Below the pieces are notes generated by a model that worked only from the letters and a program-made list of their open reading frames with translations, was not told the DNA's origin and searched no databases. DNA of 62,199 bases, counting the filler. It is 4 parts of 4 records of this genome, joined end to end, with 100 filler letters (N's around TTAATTAATTAA, not from the genome) between each part and the next. Parts side by side here need not be neighbours in the genome. Positions count along the whole stretch, not along the records: positions 1 to 17,805 come from SRR31156797_6214; positions 17,906 to 30,325 come from SRR31156797_6225; 2 more parts are not named here. One strand, 5' to 3'. Of the stretch, positions 10,054-18,644 are shown one piece after another (position 1 is the stretch's first letter; each line of letters opens with the position of its first letter). The translations under genes and the position numbers were made by a program.

Positions 10054-11862
10054 GTGCCAAATACAAGAAATGAGATTATTAATAAAGATAAGGGAATAAT
10101 ATTTAGCATCTTAGTCAGTTGGATGGTAGGTATTGTTCTTGTTTTTTTAGGTAAGAAATATGCAGTAGACACTACATTGATTCTAGGAACACTACATTTA
10201 TTCTTTGGCAGTTTGCTTATATTACTGTTTATTGAGAAAATTGAGAAGATTGAATCGGATTCAAATAATTCATCAGAAGAAGATGAAGATGATAGTTTGT
10301 ACCTAAAAAATGAACCGGATACAACAGATGAATCATTAGTTAGTGAAGATGAACAAACTAGAGAAAAAGGATTGTTTCCTAATCGTTCTAAAATGCTTAG
10401 TAACTTTATTGATGTTGCATATTCTTTTAGTTTGTTACTAACTTCAGCAGGTTTTTTTATTGTTCAAATTTTATTATTTTTACGTAATTCTTCAATCAGC
10501 GAGAATATTAAACCTCCTATATGGGTTGGTGTTTTTGAGATTTTACTTTCTTTTATTTACCTTATGTTAGTGCATTGGTTTTTTTCAAAATCAAAGGGAA
10601 ATGATGAATATCAAATATATGGCTATATGTGCAAATCAAATCAGATTATTTCTTTTTTAGCTGGCACATCTGTTATATTGTGGGCTTTGGGCTATAATCA
10701 GCTTGAACGCATATTTATATATATAATAGCTTTATTTTGTATAATAGTTATTCTCGATTTTTTAATTGAAGCTATTCGCAGGATTATAAACACAGACTCA
10801 AATAATTTGAAAACAATAAAGCTAAGTATCCTTCCATTAATATTTGGCAATAGAAGCTCTGATACTTCCTTAATAGATGTAATAGAGGATAAAATTGGTG
10901 TTTCGTTACGCTCATCTTGGACAATAAAATTTGTCAGAAGAGTTATACCTGTTATTGTTCTAGTTATGGTATTCGCCTTTTGGGGTATGACATGCCTTGT
11001 AGAAGTTGGCCCGCAAAGCGAAGGAATTGTTTATAGATTTGGGAGAATAGTCAACGAAGAGCCGCTAACTCCTGGTCTTCATACCAAGCTGCCGTGGCCT
11101 ATCGATATATTAGAAACATATCCGGTATATAAAACTCAATATTTTACTGTAGGTTATGAATCTGGAGACAATGAAGATTATTTGTGGACAAGCGTTCATG
11201 GAGGCGAAGAGTACAAGCTCTTATTAGGAGACGGAAATGAGCTTGTTTCAATAAATATGACAGTTCATTACAGAATAAATGACCTGATAAATTATGTAAC
11301 AAACTATTCAAATCCTGAGGAAATTCTTCAAGCAATAGCTTATGATAAAATGATGAAGCTTATTGTAACATCTGATTTAGATGGGTTATTGAGCAAAGAC
11401 CGAGCATTGCTGGCCAATACGGTCACAGACCAGCTTCAGGAAGCCAGTGATAACGAAAAGTGCGGAATAGAAGTTATGGATGTAGCGATTACAAGTATAC
11501 ATCCACCTGTCGAAGTTGCTGCTAATTATCAGGAACTGGTAAGCGCAGAAATTCAGAAACAAATAATAATATTACAAGCCATGATGCAGCGTGAGGCAGC
11601 AATACCCTCTGCTGAACAAAAAAGAGACAAAATCATTAGTGATGCGATGATTGATTCTGTTGATAGAAACGGTGAGGCTATAAGTGAAGCAACACAGACA
11701 ATATCTGAAATGGAAGCTTTTGAATACAGTCCAGAAGCATATAAAACTCGTTTACAGCGAGATGCACTTGTAGAATTCTTATATTCAAAAAAATTCTATC
11801 TCATTGACGAATCTATAATTGATGGTGAAAGTGAAATATGGATAGATAACTACGAGTACTAG
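10054..11862 (+). CDS. HflK-like SPFH (band 7) protein with an N-terminal multi-TM domain
   Basis: The C-terminal half has 'GIVYRFGR...PGLHTKLPWPID', 'LLGDGNELV', 'IHPPVEVA' and a coiled coil. The N-terminal ~300 aa has about 7 hydrophobic segments and an acidic loop. Confidence 0.8.
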   Translation: MPNTRNEIINKDKGIIFSILVSWMVGIVLVFLGKKYAVDTTLILGTLHLFFGSLLILLFIEKIEKIESDSNNSSEEDEDDSLYLKNEPDTTDESLVSEDEQTREKGLFPNRSKMLSNFIDVAYSFSLLLTSAGFFIVQILLFLRNSSISENIKPPIWVGVFEILLSFIYLMLVHWFFSKSKGNDEYQIYGYMCKSNQIISFLAGTSVILWALGYNQLERIFIYIIALFCIIVILDFLIEAIRRIINTDSNNLKTIKLSILPLIFGNRSSDTSLIDVIEDKIGVSLRSSWTIKFVRRVIPVIVLVMVFAFWGMTCLVEVGPQSEGIVYRFGRIVNEEPLTPGLHTKLPWPIDILETYPVYKTQYFTVGYESGDNEDYLWTSVHGGEEYKLLLGDGNELVSINMTVHYRINDLINYVTNYSNPEEILQAIAYDKMMKLIVTSDLDGLLSKDRALLANTVTDQLQEASDNEKCGIEVMDVAITSIHPPVEVAANYQELVSAEIQKQIIILQAMMQREAAIPSAEQKRDKIISDAMIDSVDRNGEAISEATQTISEMEAFEYSPEAYKTRLQRDALVEFLYSKKFYLIDESIIDGESEIWIDNYEY

Positions 11863-11921
11863 GTGCAAGCAGATACTAGGAAATGCAGCAATTAAAGCGA
11901 AGTACGAGAGGATTGATAATA

Positions 11922-12821
11922 ATGAAAAATACATGGTTAAAGTGGATAGCAGCGGTAGTTGTTATTGTAGGAATATTGCTATACAGCGTTCTCTTTTCAG
12001 TATATGAGGGTGATGTGGCAGTTGTAACACGATTTGGGGCAGTTAGGCAGGTAATAAAAACATCAGGGTTACATGCAAAGCTTCCATGGCCATTTGAAAA
12101 AGTATATACATATGACGGTAGAAAGCAGTACTTTGATACCAGTTATATAGAAACTCTTACGAAGGATAAAAAAAATGTAGTAATACAGGCATATGTCGTT
12201 TGGTATATAAACGATCCGCAGAAATTTCTTCAAAGTACAGGAAATGAGGAAACGGCTATAGTACACCTAAATAGCCTTGTAACTAATGCAAAAAACACAG
12301 TGCTTGGTAAATACGATTTTTCTGCACTTGTTTCAACAGATGCTGATGAGCTAAAACTTGATGAAATTGAAGAAGCAATCCTGGATGATGTATGCGCTCA
12401 AGCTAATGAAAGATATGGATTGGAAGTAGAGCAGGTTGGTTTCAAACGAATAGGGTTACCCGAATCAAACATTGTTCAAGTGTTTGAACAAATGCGTTCT
12501 GAACGGCAAATCTACGTTTCTAAGCTTATAGCAGAGGGCGAAAGAGACGCAAGTATAATTACAAACGAAACAGATGTCGAGGTAGCTGAAATTATTGCAG
12601 AAGGACAGCAAGAAGCTTCGATTATTATGGGGGAAACAGAAAAAGAGATAGCAGAAATTTATGCAGATGCCCAAAATACAGACCCTGAATTCTATATGTT
12701 CCTTAAAGATATGGAGACATTAGAGCAAGTTACAGGATATAATGCAACATTAATATTTAGCACAAATCACGAGCTCTTCGATATACTAGATTGGAGCTTT
12801 GAGGAGGATAATGTTGAGTAG
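11922..12821 (+). CDS. HflC-like SPFH protein
   Basis: VVTRFG, GLHAKLPWPFE, TLTKDKKN, 'VFEQMRSER' and 'YADA..DPEFY.F' HflC signatures. Start moved to ATG 11922 because of the RBS GAGAGGA. Confidence 0.85.
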   Translation: MKNTWLKWIAAVVVIVGILLYSVLFSVYEGDVAVVTRFGAVRQVIKTSGLHAKLPWPFEKVYTYDGRKQYFDTSYIETLTKDKKNVVIQAYVVWYINDPQKFLQSTGNEETAIVHLNSLVTNAKNTVLGKYDFSALVSTDADELKLDEIEEAILDDVCAQANERYGLEVEQVGFKRIGLPESNIVQVFEQMRSERQIYVSKLIAEGERDASIITNETDVEVAEIIAEGQQEASIIMGETEKEIAEIYADAQNTDPEFYMFLKDMETLEQVTGYNATLIFSTNHELFDILDWSFEEDNVE

Positions 12822-13761
12822 AGAAAAGTATTCAGTAGAGTCAGGTATCAAAAAGATAATTCGTTATGTAAAATGGATAATGGTGCTTGTGGTATGTGCC
12901 ATATTGTTCTCCGGAGTGATTTTCGTTGAAGCTGATGAAGTAGCTATGGTAATTAGATTTGGCAAATTAGTAGGAGAGACAAGAGCAGAGCAGGTTCTGC
13001 AGCCTGGTTTGCATTTCACATTTCCCTATATTATTGATAACGTAGTAAAAGTACCTGTTAAGCGTGTTCATGAGATAAAGATAAATGATTTGTATACTGA
13101 TGATTATATAACTGATGTGATAGACAGCGGATACGCTATTACAGGAGATGGTAATGTTGTGGTGTTGGATGCTGTGATGAAGTATCAAATAATCGACCCT
13201 GTAAATTACGCTGTTGAGGTGAAAGATGCAGATAAAATTCTAAAAGAACTTGCAGTGGGTGAATTAGTAAAGGAGATTGCAGGGGTTACAGTTGATTATG
13301 CGCTTACAGATGGTAAAGAGGAACTTGCAGCAAATGTAATAGCAAATACTCAGAACCAAGCTGATAAACTTGGTTTGGGAGTACAGGTTGTAGCTATAGA
13401 ATTTACCGAGCTGCAGCCTCCTATTGAAGTAAAAGCCGATTTTGAAGAGGTAACTAGTGCATATGTAGAAAAAACTACTATGATACAAGAAGCGAATACA
13501 TATAAAGATGAAAATATTTTAGGAGCTACTGCAATAAAAGATCAAACTATCAACAACGCAAAGTCTGATCAAATAGAGAGAGTAGCACAAGCAGAAGCAG
13601 ATGTTACTCAGTTTTATGGATTGATTGATGAATATAGACAAAATCCTCGTGTGGTGGTTGAACGTATTTACCGCGATAGAATTAATGCTATATTAAACAA
13701 CTGCAATCAAACAATAATTGTGCCTGATGGAGAGACAGTAGACAACTTATATCTGAAATAA
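12811..13761 (+). CDS. HflK-like SPFH protein
   Basis: VIRFGK, PGLHFTFPYIID, ITGDGNVV and 'LQPPIEVKADFEEV' HflK signatures. RBS GAGGAGG precedes ATG 12811, which overlaps the hflC-like gene. Confidence 0.85.
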   Translation: MLSREKYSVESGIKKIIRYVKWIMVLVVCAILFSGVIFVEADEVAMVIRFGKLVGETRAEQVLQPGLHFTFPYIIDNVVKVPVKRVHEIKINDLYTDDYITDVIDSGYAITGDGNVVVLDAVMKYQIIDPVNYAVEVKDADKILKELAVGELVKEIAGVTVDYALTDGKEELAANVIANTQNQADKLGLGVQVVAIEFTELQPPIEVKADFEEVTSAYVEKTTMIQEANTYKDENILGATAIKDQTINNAKSDQIERVAQAEADVTQFYGLIDEYRQNPRVVVERIYRDRINAILNNCNQTIIVPDGETVDNLYLK

Positions 13762-13793
13762 TATATTAGAATTTGTAGATTAAAGGTAAATAG

Positions 13794-15719
13794 ATGAAAA
13801 GTAAAATAAATACAGTTACGCAGCAAATGAAAGAACTTGAGAGAGAAACGCTTTCGAGAGAAGAAAAACGCAAATTAGCAGCGCAGGTAATTTTCCCGCT
13901 TTTTGCAGTTGCCATATTAATTACAGGTCTTATTTTCAGGGCTTTATTTAAGGAACAAAAATCAATAGCAGAAGCAGGCTTTTTTATAGCTGGAGTAATA
14001 GCAAGTTTACCGGTATTCGTTTCCGCAATAAAGGGTTTAATGAATAAGGAAAAAACTTTTGTTATGGATCAACTGATAAGTGTTGCGCTTTTGGCAGCTA
14101 TGGCAAATGGAGAATTTATAACAGTTGTACTTATTCCTTTTATTATGTCTATAGTCCATTTTCTTGAAGAGAGAAGCATTCTTGGTGCACGTTCAGCTAT
14201 TGATGCTATTAAGACACTCCAAGCAAAACAGGCGTGCCTTATAACTGAAAATGGAGATTCTGTCGTTCCAACTGAAGACCTTAAGGTTTATAATCATATC
14301 AGAGTAAAACCAGGAGATATGTTTCCTGTTGACGGGAAAATAGTAAAGGGATATTCTTCCATTGATCAGAGTTCGCTTACAGGAGAGACAACGCCAGTAG
14401 AAGTTAAAGAAGGTGATGAAGTATTTGCAGGAACACTAAATCTTCAGGGGTATCTGGAGGTTGTGGTAACTAAGAGGGCAGATGAAACATCAATCAGTAA
14501 AATTGTAGAGATTATGCAGGAGGCTGAGAGCTCAAAACCACCTATTGTAAAGATAATTGATAAGTATGTTTATTACTACACACCAGTTATCTTAATAATA
14601 GCTGTAGCAGTATTGTTTGTGACTGGAAGTATTGACAGGGTAATAACTGTATTAGTTGCAAGCTGTCCATGTGCACTTTTACTGGTAAGCTCATCAGCTA
14701 TGGTATCAGCTATATCTGTTTCTTCAAAGAATGGGATACTGATAAAAAACAGTGCTTTTCTGGAAAAAGCAGGGCGAGTTAAAAATGTATTGTTTGATAA
14801 AACAGGAACTATTACAGAAGGCAAGCTAAAAGTATTAAACATTAAACCTAGTAATCAAACAACGAGTGATGAACTGATTTGGACTGCCTTTACTGCAGCT
14901 CAGGGGTCTAATCATCCTATATCAAAGGCGATAATTAACTATGTAAATGGAATGAATGATAAAAAGCAAGTATCCGTCGGGAAACTATTATCAATAGAGG
15001 AAGAACCAGGCTATGGAACTATTGCAAAAACTACAGATGGAGATATATACTTAGGAAGAAAGAGCTGGATAGAACTTCAAGGAATTAAAATTGAAGAGGA
15101 TCAGCATTCTGGTACTGAAGTCTGGGTTCTAAAAGACAAAAAAGTTCTGGGTAATATAATATTATCCGATACTTTGAGAGCAAATGCTCATGATACAATT
15201 GAACAAATAAGGAATATTGGCATAAATAGCGTTGTTATGGTAACTGGTGACCGCAGAAAAACAGCTGAAGAAATCAAAGAAAAGCTGGCACTTGACAGAG
15301 TTTACTTCGAATGTCTTCCATCAGATAAGCTTGATATTGTCGAAAGCGAAAAAGCTATGAGTGAACCTGTTATGATGATTGGTGACGGAGTTAATGATGC
15401 ATTGGCAATGGTTAAAGCGGATATATCCATTTCGATGGGAGCTATGGGATCTGAAATTGCTATAAGAAGTTCGGATATTGCCTTAATGACTAACGATTTA
15501 CGAAAAATACCTTTTATTATTAGATTATCCAGAAAAACAACAAGAGTTGTTTATAGAAATATTATAATTGCGTTTTTGACTAGTGCTATTATGCTGACAC
15601 TTGCGGTTACAGGAGTTATTTCACCGATATCAGGAGCAATATTCCATAATATTGGAGCAATATTGGTTATTATCAGCAGTGCGAGTCTTTTGAGTTTTGA
15701 AAAAAATAATGACAAATAG
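13794..15719 (+). CDS. Heavy-metal translocating P1B-type ATPase without an N-terminal metal-binding domain
   Basis: LTGET actuator, SCPC transmembrane motif, DKTGT phosphorylation site, SNHP, TGD and GDGVND. Confidence 0.9.
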   Translation: MKSKINTVTQQMKELERETLSREEKRKLAAQVIFPLFAVAILITGLIFRALFKEQKSIAEAGFFIAGVIASLPVFVSAIKGLMNKEKTFVMDQLISVALLAAMANGEFITVVLIPFIMSIVHFLEERSILGARSAIDAIKTLQAKQACLITENGDSVVPTEDLKVYNHIRVKPGDMFPVDGKIVKGYSSIDQSSLTGETTPVEVKEGDEVFAGTLNLQGYLEVVVTKRADETSISKIVEIMQEAESSKPPIVKIIDKYVYYYTPVILIIAVAVLFVTGSIDRVITVLVASCPCALLLVSSSAMVSAISVSSKNGILIKNSAFLEKAGRVKNVLFDKTGTITEGKLKVLNIKPSNQTTSDELIWTAFTAAQGSNHPISKAIINYVNGMNDKKQVSVGKLLSIEEEPGYGTIAKTTDGDIYLGRKSWIELQGIKIEEDQHSGTEVWVLKDKKVLGNIILSDTLRANAHDTIEQIRNIGINSVVMVTGDRRKTAEEIKEKLALDRVYFECLPSDKLDIVESEKAMSEPVMMIGDGVNDALAMVKADISISMGAMGSEIAIRSSDIALMTNDLRKIPFIIRLSRKTTRVVYRNIIIAFLTSAIMLTLAVTGVISPISGAIFHNIGAILVIISSASLLSFEKNNDK

Positions 15720-15851
15720 TATTTTTTACTCAAAATCATAATTTAGTTATACAAGGGATTTTACGTTGCTTTTCTTATATATCGTATTTGCAGTCTTTCG
15801 TATTGCACCTGAACCATATTAACTAAAAATTAGCATGTCGTATATTATTTA

Positions 15852-15880
15852 TTTACATTTTCAATATATAGTGTTAATAT
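15852..15880 (+). promoter_or_regulatory. Putative sigma-70 promoter
   Basis: TTTACA-N17-TAATAT with an extended -10 TG, upstream of the phosphatase. The AT-rich context lowers specificity. Confidence 0.4.
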
Positions 15881-15959
15881 ATTAATCGTTTAAAGGTGTT
15901 AGCATTTATATAGTCTTTTTTAAGTAAAACTGATTAGATTTTTTTGTGAAAGGAACTAC

Positions 15960-17570
15960 ATGAAGAGAGTAATAATTATAGTATTAATATTGGTTCTAGC
16001 ATTAACAGGGTGCAGGCAACTAGTAGATACTTCTGCCACAGACGAAAGATATTCAGGAGTCTTAGAGAGATTGGAAAGCACCGAAGAGCCCCCTGAGGAC
16101 ATGCAGGACATGCCAAACACTTTTACAGATGAAGATACTACAAATAATATAAATAACAAAGAAACTGAATCAGACCCATTAACTTCTACTTCTGAAGCTA
16201 CGATAGAGCCAACAGTAACTCCTGAACCAGTAAATGACAGTCAGATAAAATATATATTTATTGTTATTGCTGATGGTATGGGGGAAGGTCAGACTCTTTT
16301 GGGTCAGATATATGCAAGAATAGAAGGCGAGAGCATGGATAATGGTGCTGTGTGGGAGAGCTGGCCTCAGCAGAAATATGTAGAGGGCAGGTGGGAATCA
16401 GCCTGCGGAGGTACAGCAATTGCAACAGGATATGTTACTAATCTGAGTGCCATTGGAATGACACCTGATAAAGAACATCTGGTAACCATTATGGATAGAG
16501 CAAAAGAAGCAGGTATGAGTACTGGAGTTGTTACGAATTCTAGCCTTGTAGATGCTACACCAGCAGCATTTTATTCCCATAATGCTTATAGAATGAACTT
16601 CCAATCAATACAGGATGATTTACCAACTGGTAATATCGATTACTTTGCTGGCGGCGGAATGAATGATATAGTTTCAATATCCAGAGCAATAAACTATGAC
16701 AAAAGGGATGCATCGTCATTTGAGACAACCCCAAAATATGAGTACACATCATTGGTCACATTAGAAGATATGGGCTATGCGACATATATCGGGTATAATG
16801 ATGCAATAGAGTATTTAGATTTAGTAGAGCAGAATGAGTTCAAAGAAGAGAAGTCAATAAATATTTTTTCCGGCAGTGTAATGCCGTATGAGACATACAA
16901 GATGAAACCAAGCCGTGCAGAAAGTCTCCAGTATGTTCCTTCATTGATTGATATGACTGAAGCAGGTATTCAGACTCTATCTCAGAACCCTAATGGATTC
17001 TGTATGATGATAGAGGAAGCCAGCACAGATAAAACCGGTCATAACAGACTGCAGAGATCGACCGTAGCTCAGGTAACATTACTAAATGACACACTAAAGC
17101 TTTTGATGGAATTTTATGAAGAGCATCCTGATGAAACATTGATTGTATTAACTGCTGACCATGAGTGCGGCGGGTATGTGTGGGATATGGACCAATATAA
17201 TGAATGGCTTACCAAAGCTGACTTCAAATATAATAAGTATGGTGACAACTTAGCAAAATTCTTAAAAGACGAATGGGGTGTCATCATGAATGACTATGAC
17301 CTGCAGGAATATATTGATATCTACAGAGAAGGATATTGGGATACTGAGAGAGAAAATATTGCAAATCTTTATAACCGTATAGCTTATGAAACATCTTTAG
17401 CGATTGGCATTGAAAGAACTCTGGATGTTCACTCAGAACAACAGGTACCATGTTATTCAATCGGTCCGGATTGCGAAAAGTTAAATAGTTCTGAAGGGAT
17501 AGAAGATATACCAATAATTATTAGTGAGATAATGGGATGGGAAGCTCTTCCTGAAATAATGACTGAATAA
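15960..17570 (+). CDS. Alkaline phosphatase lipoprotein (PhoA family)
   Basis: Lipobox LTGC, a low-complexity linker, and PhoA metal/active-site motifs IADGMG, ESA (Ser nucleophile), DATPAAF..H...R, EE...DK.GH, TADHECGG and a late His. Confidence 0.85.
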   Translation: MKRVIIIVLILVLALTGCRQLVDTSATDERYSGVLERLESTEEPPEDMQDMPNTFTDEDTTNNINNKETESDPLTSTSEATIEPTVTPEPVNDSQIKYIFIVIADGMGEGQTLLGQIYARIEGESMDNGAVWESWPQQKYVEGRWESACGGTAIATGYVTNLSAIGMTPDKEHLVTIMDRAKEAGMSTGVVTNSSLVDATPAAFYSHNAYRMNFQSIQDDLPTGNIDYFAGGGMNDIVSISRAINYDKRDASSFETTPKYEYTSLVTLEDMGYATYIGYNDAIEYLDLVEQNEFKEEKSINIFSGSVMPYETYKMKPSRAESLQYVPSLIDMTEAGIQTLSQNPNGFCMMIEEASTDKTGHNRLQRSTVAQVTLLNDTLKLLMEFYEEHPDETLIVLTADHECGGYVWDMDQYNEWLTKADFKYNKYGDNLAKFLKDEWGVIMNDYDLQEYIDIYREGYWDTERENIANLYNRIAYETSLAIGIERTLDVHSEQQVPCYSIGPDCEKLNSSEGIEDIPIIISEIMGWEALPEIMTE

Positions 17571-17576
17571 ATAATA

Positions 17577-17616
17577 TAAAGAGGTCTGATGACAATACAT
17601 TAGACCTCTTTTTTTC
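17577..17616 (+). terminator. Rho-independent terminator
   Basis: AAAGAGGTCTGATG...CATTAGACCTCTTTTTTT hairpin with a T-run after the phosphatase stop. Confidence 0.85.
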
Positions 17617-17805
17617 TGCTTATCACATTGTATACTTGCAATCACATTAATAAATCATTTTTGAGATTTTATTTTAGTACATTTTGAGTATTTATTTAAT
17701 ACATAAATACCATTCTAGATATTTATTATATCGAATTTGTATACCTTTAAGTATCTTTCCGCATATTAAACTATTAGTCAGGAACTGTTGGCGTATTTCA
17801 GTAGT

Positions 17806-17905
17806 NNNNNNNNNNNNNNNNNNNNNNNNNNNNNNNNNNNNNNNNNNNNTTAATTAATTAANNNNNNNNNNNNNNNNNNNNNNNNNNNNNNNNNNNNNNN
17901 NNNNN
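17806..17905. other. Artificial contig linker
   Basis: 44 N + TTAATTAATTAA (stops in all six frames) + 44 N. Confidence 0.99.
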
Positions 17906-17934
17906 GACTGTCAGATCAAGTATGAACCACTACA
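17906..17934. mobile_element. Probable terminal inverted repeat of an IS (IS3-family-like) truncated by the contig break
   Basis: The reverse complement reads TGTAGTGGTTCATACTTGATCTGACAGTC, with a 5'-TG terminus resembling IS3-family ends. It lies at a contig edge and no transposase is visible. Confidence 0.4.
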
Positions 17935-17936
17935 AC

Positions 17937-18644
17937 TTAATCCTGAAATTCTTCAACCTTACCCTTTAAATCCTCAGAAAGAGCCATAGCCATTTTTGTA
18001 AAAGCGTCCAACTTTTTGATTCGCTCCAAAAGATTTTCCTTAGTTTCAGTATCACCAAAACGAGGCTTAAGTTCCTCACTTTCATCTTCAATAAATTTGA
18101 CTATTTTAAAATCTATCCCAGACCCTACCCCTGCATTTCTGGCTAGCTCAACCCATTCTTTGGACTGGTCTATGGCTGTACCCGCAGCCTGAACATACAA
18201 GGCATTGATGATCTGCTTTGCTGTATCATCAACACCATCAATCAACTCAAGCAATTCCTGGGTTTCATCATTCTCCGAAGAACTATCAATACTCTTCCGC
18301 ATGGCCTTATAGTAAAAATTACTCACATCTGGACTAAGACCTGCCAAATTTTCAGCAATTTTTTCAAATTCAACCATTGGTCTATGGGACTTATGCCACG
18401 AAAAACGATGCTCCCAAAGTTTTAAAATTGCATCAACACATTCTTTTTCAACGTTTAGACGTTCCTCTTCACCTGCACTTTCAACTCTCTCACTTAACTC
18501 AGCAATATAGTGAGCCATCCAACGCCCAAGAGTGTCATTACTCTCCTGCAGGCTAAACTCTTCAACTATTTTTTTACCAAGTTCCAAAATCTCCTGATGC
18601 CTGGTAGATTGTTCCGTCCGCTCTGAGCAGGATGATTCTGACAT
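17937..18644 (-). CDS. avs3b: Avs3b-like accessory protein of an AVAST type 3 anti-phage system
   Basis: Helical 235-aa protein with 'LGKKIVEE...DTLGRWMAHYIAEL...C.DAILKLWEHR'. It overlaps the 3' end of the large STAND gene by 71 nt. Confidence 0.75.
   Translation of the reverse strand: MSESSCSERTEQSTRHQEILELGKKIVEEFSLQESNDTLGRWMAHYIAELSERVESAGEEERLNVEKECVDAILKLWEHRFSWHKSHRPMVEFEKIAENLAGLSPDVSNFYYKAMRKSIDSSSENDETQELLELIDGVDDTAKQIINALYVQAAGTAIDQSKEWVELARNAGVGSGIDFKIVKFIEDESEELKPRFGDTETKENLLERIKKLDAFTKMAMALSEDLKGKVEEFQD

Noticed and set aside
10054-13761. Naming the SPFH genes as the canonical hflK/hflC FtsH modulators
   Set aside because: There are three paralogues, one with a large extra membrane domain, no hflX or ftsH context, and linkage to an ATPase. 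Orthology is not supported, so gene symbols were withheld.
17850-17861. TTAATTAATTAA palindrome repeated three times in the window
   Set aside because: It is always centred in 44+44 N runs, so it is an artificial six-frame-stop linker.
15960-18644. Apparent neighbourhood of the phosphatase/SPFH genes with the Avs island
   Set aside because: They are separated by a contig linker and probably come from different organisms.
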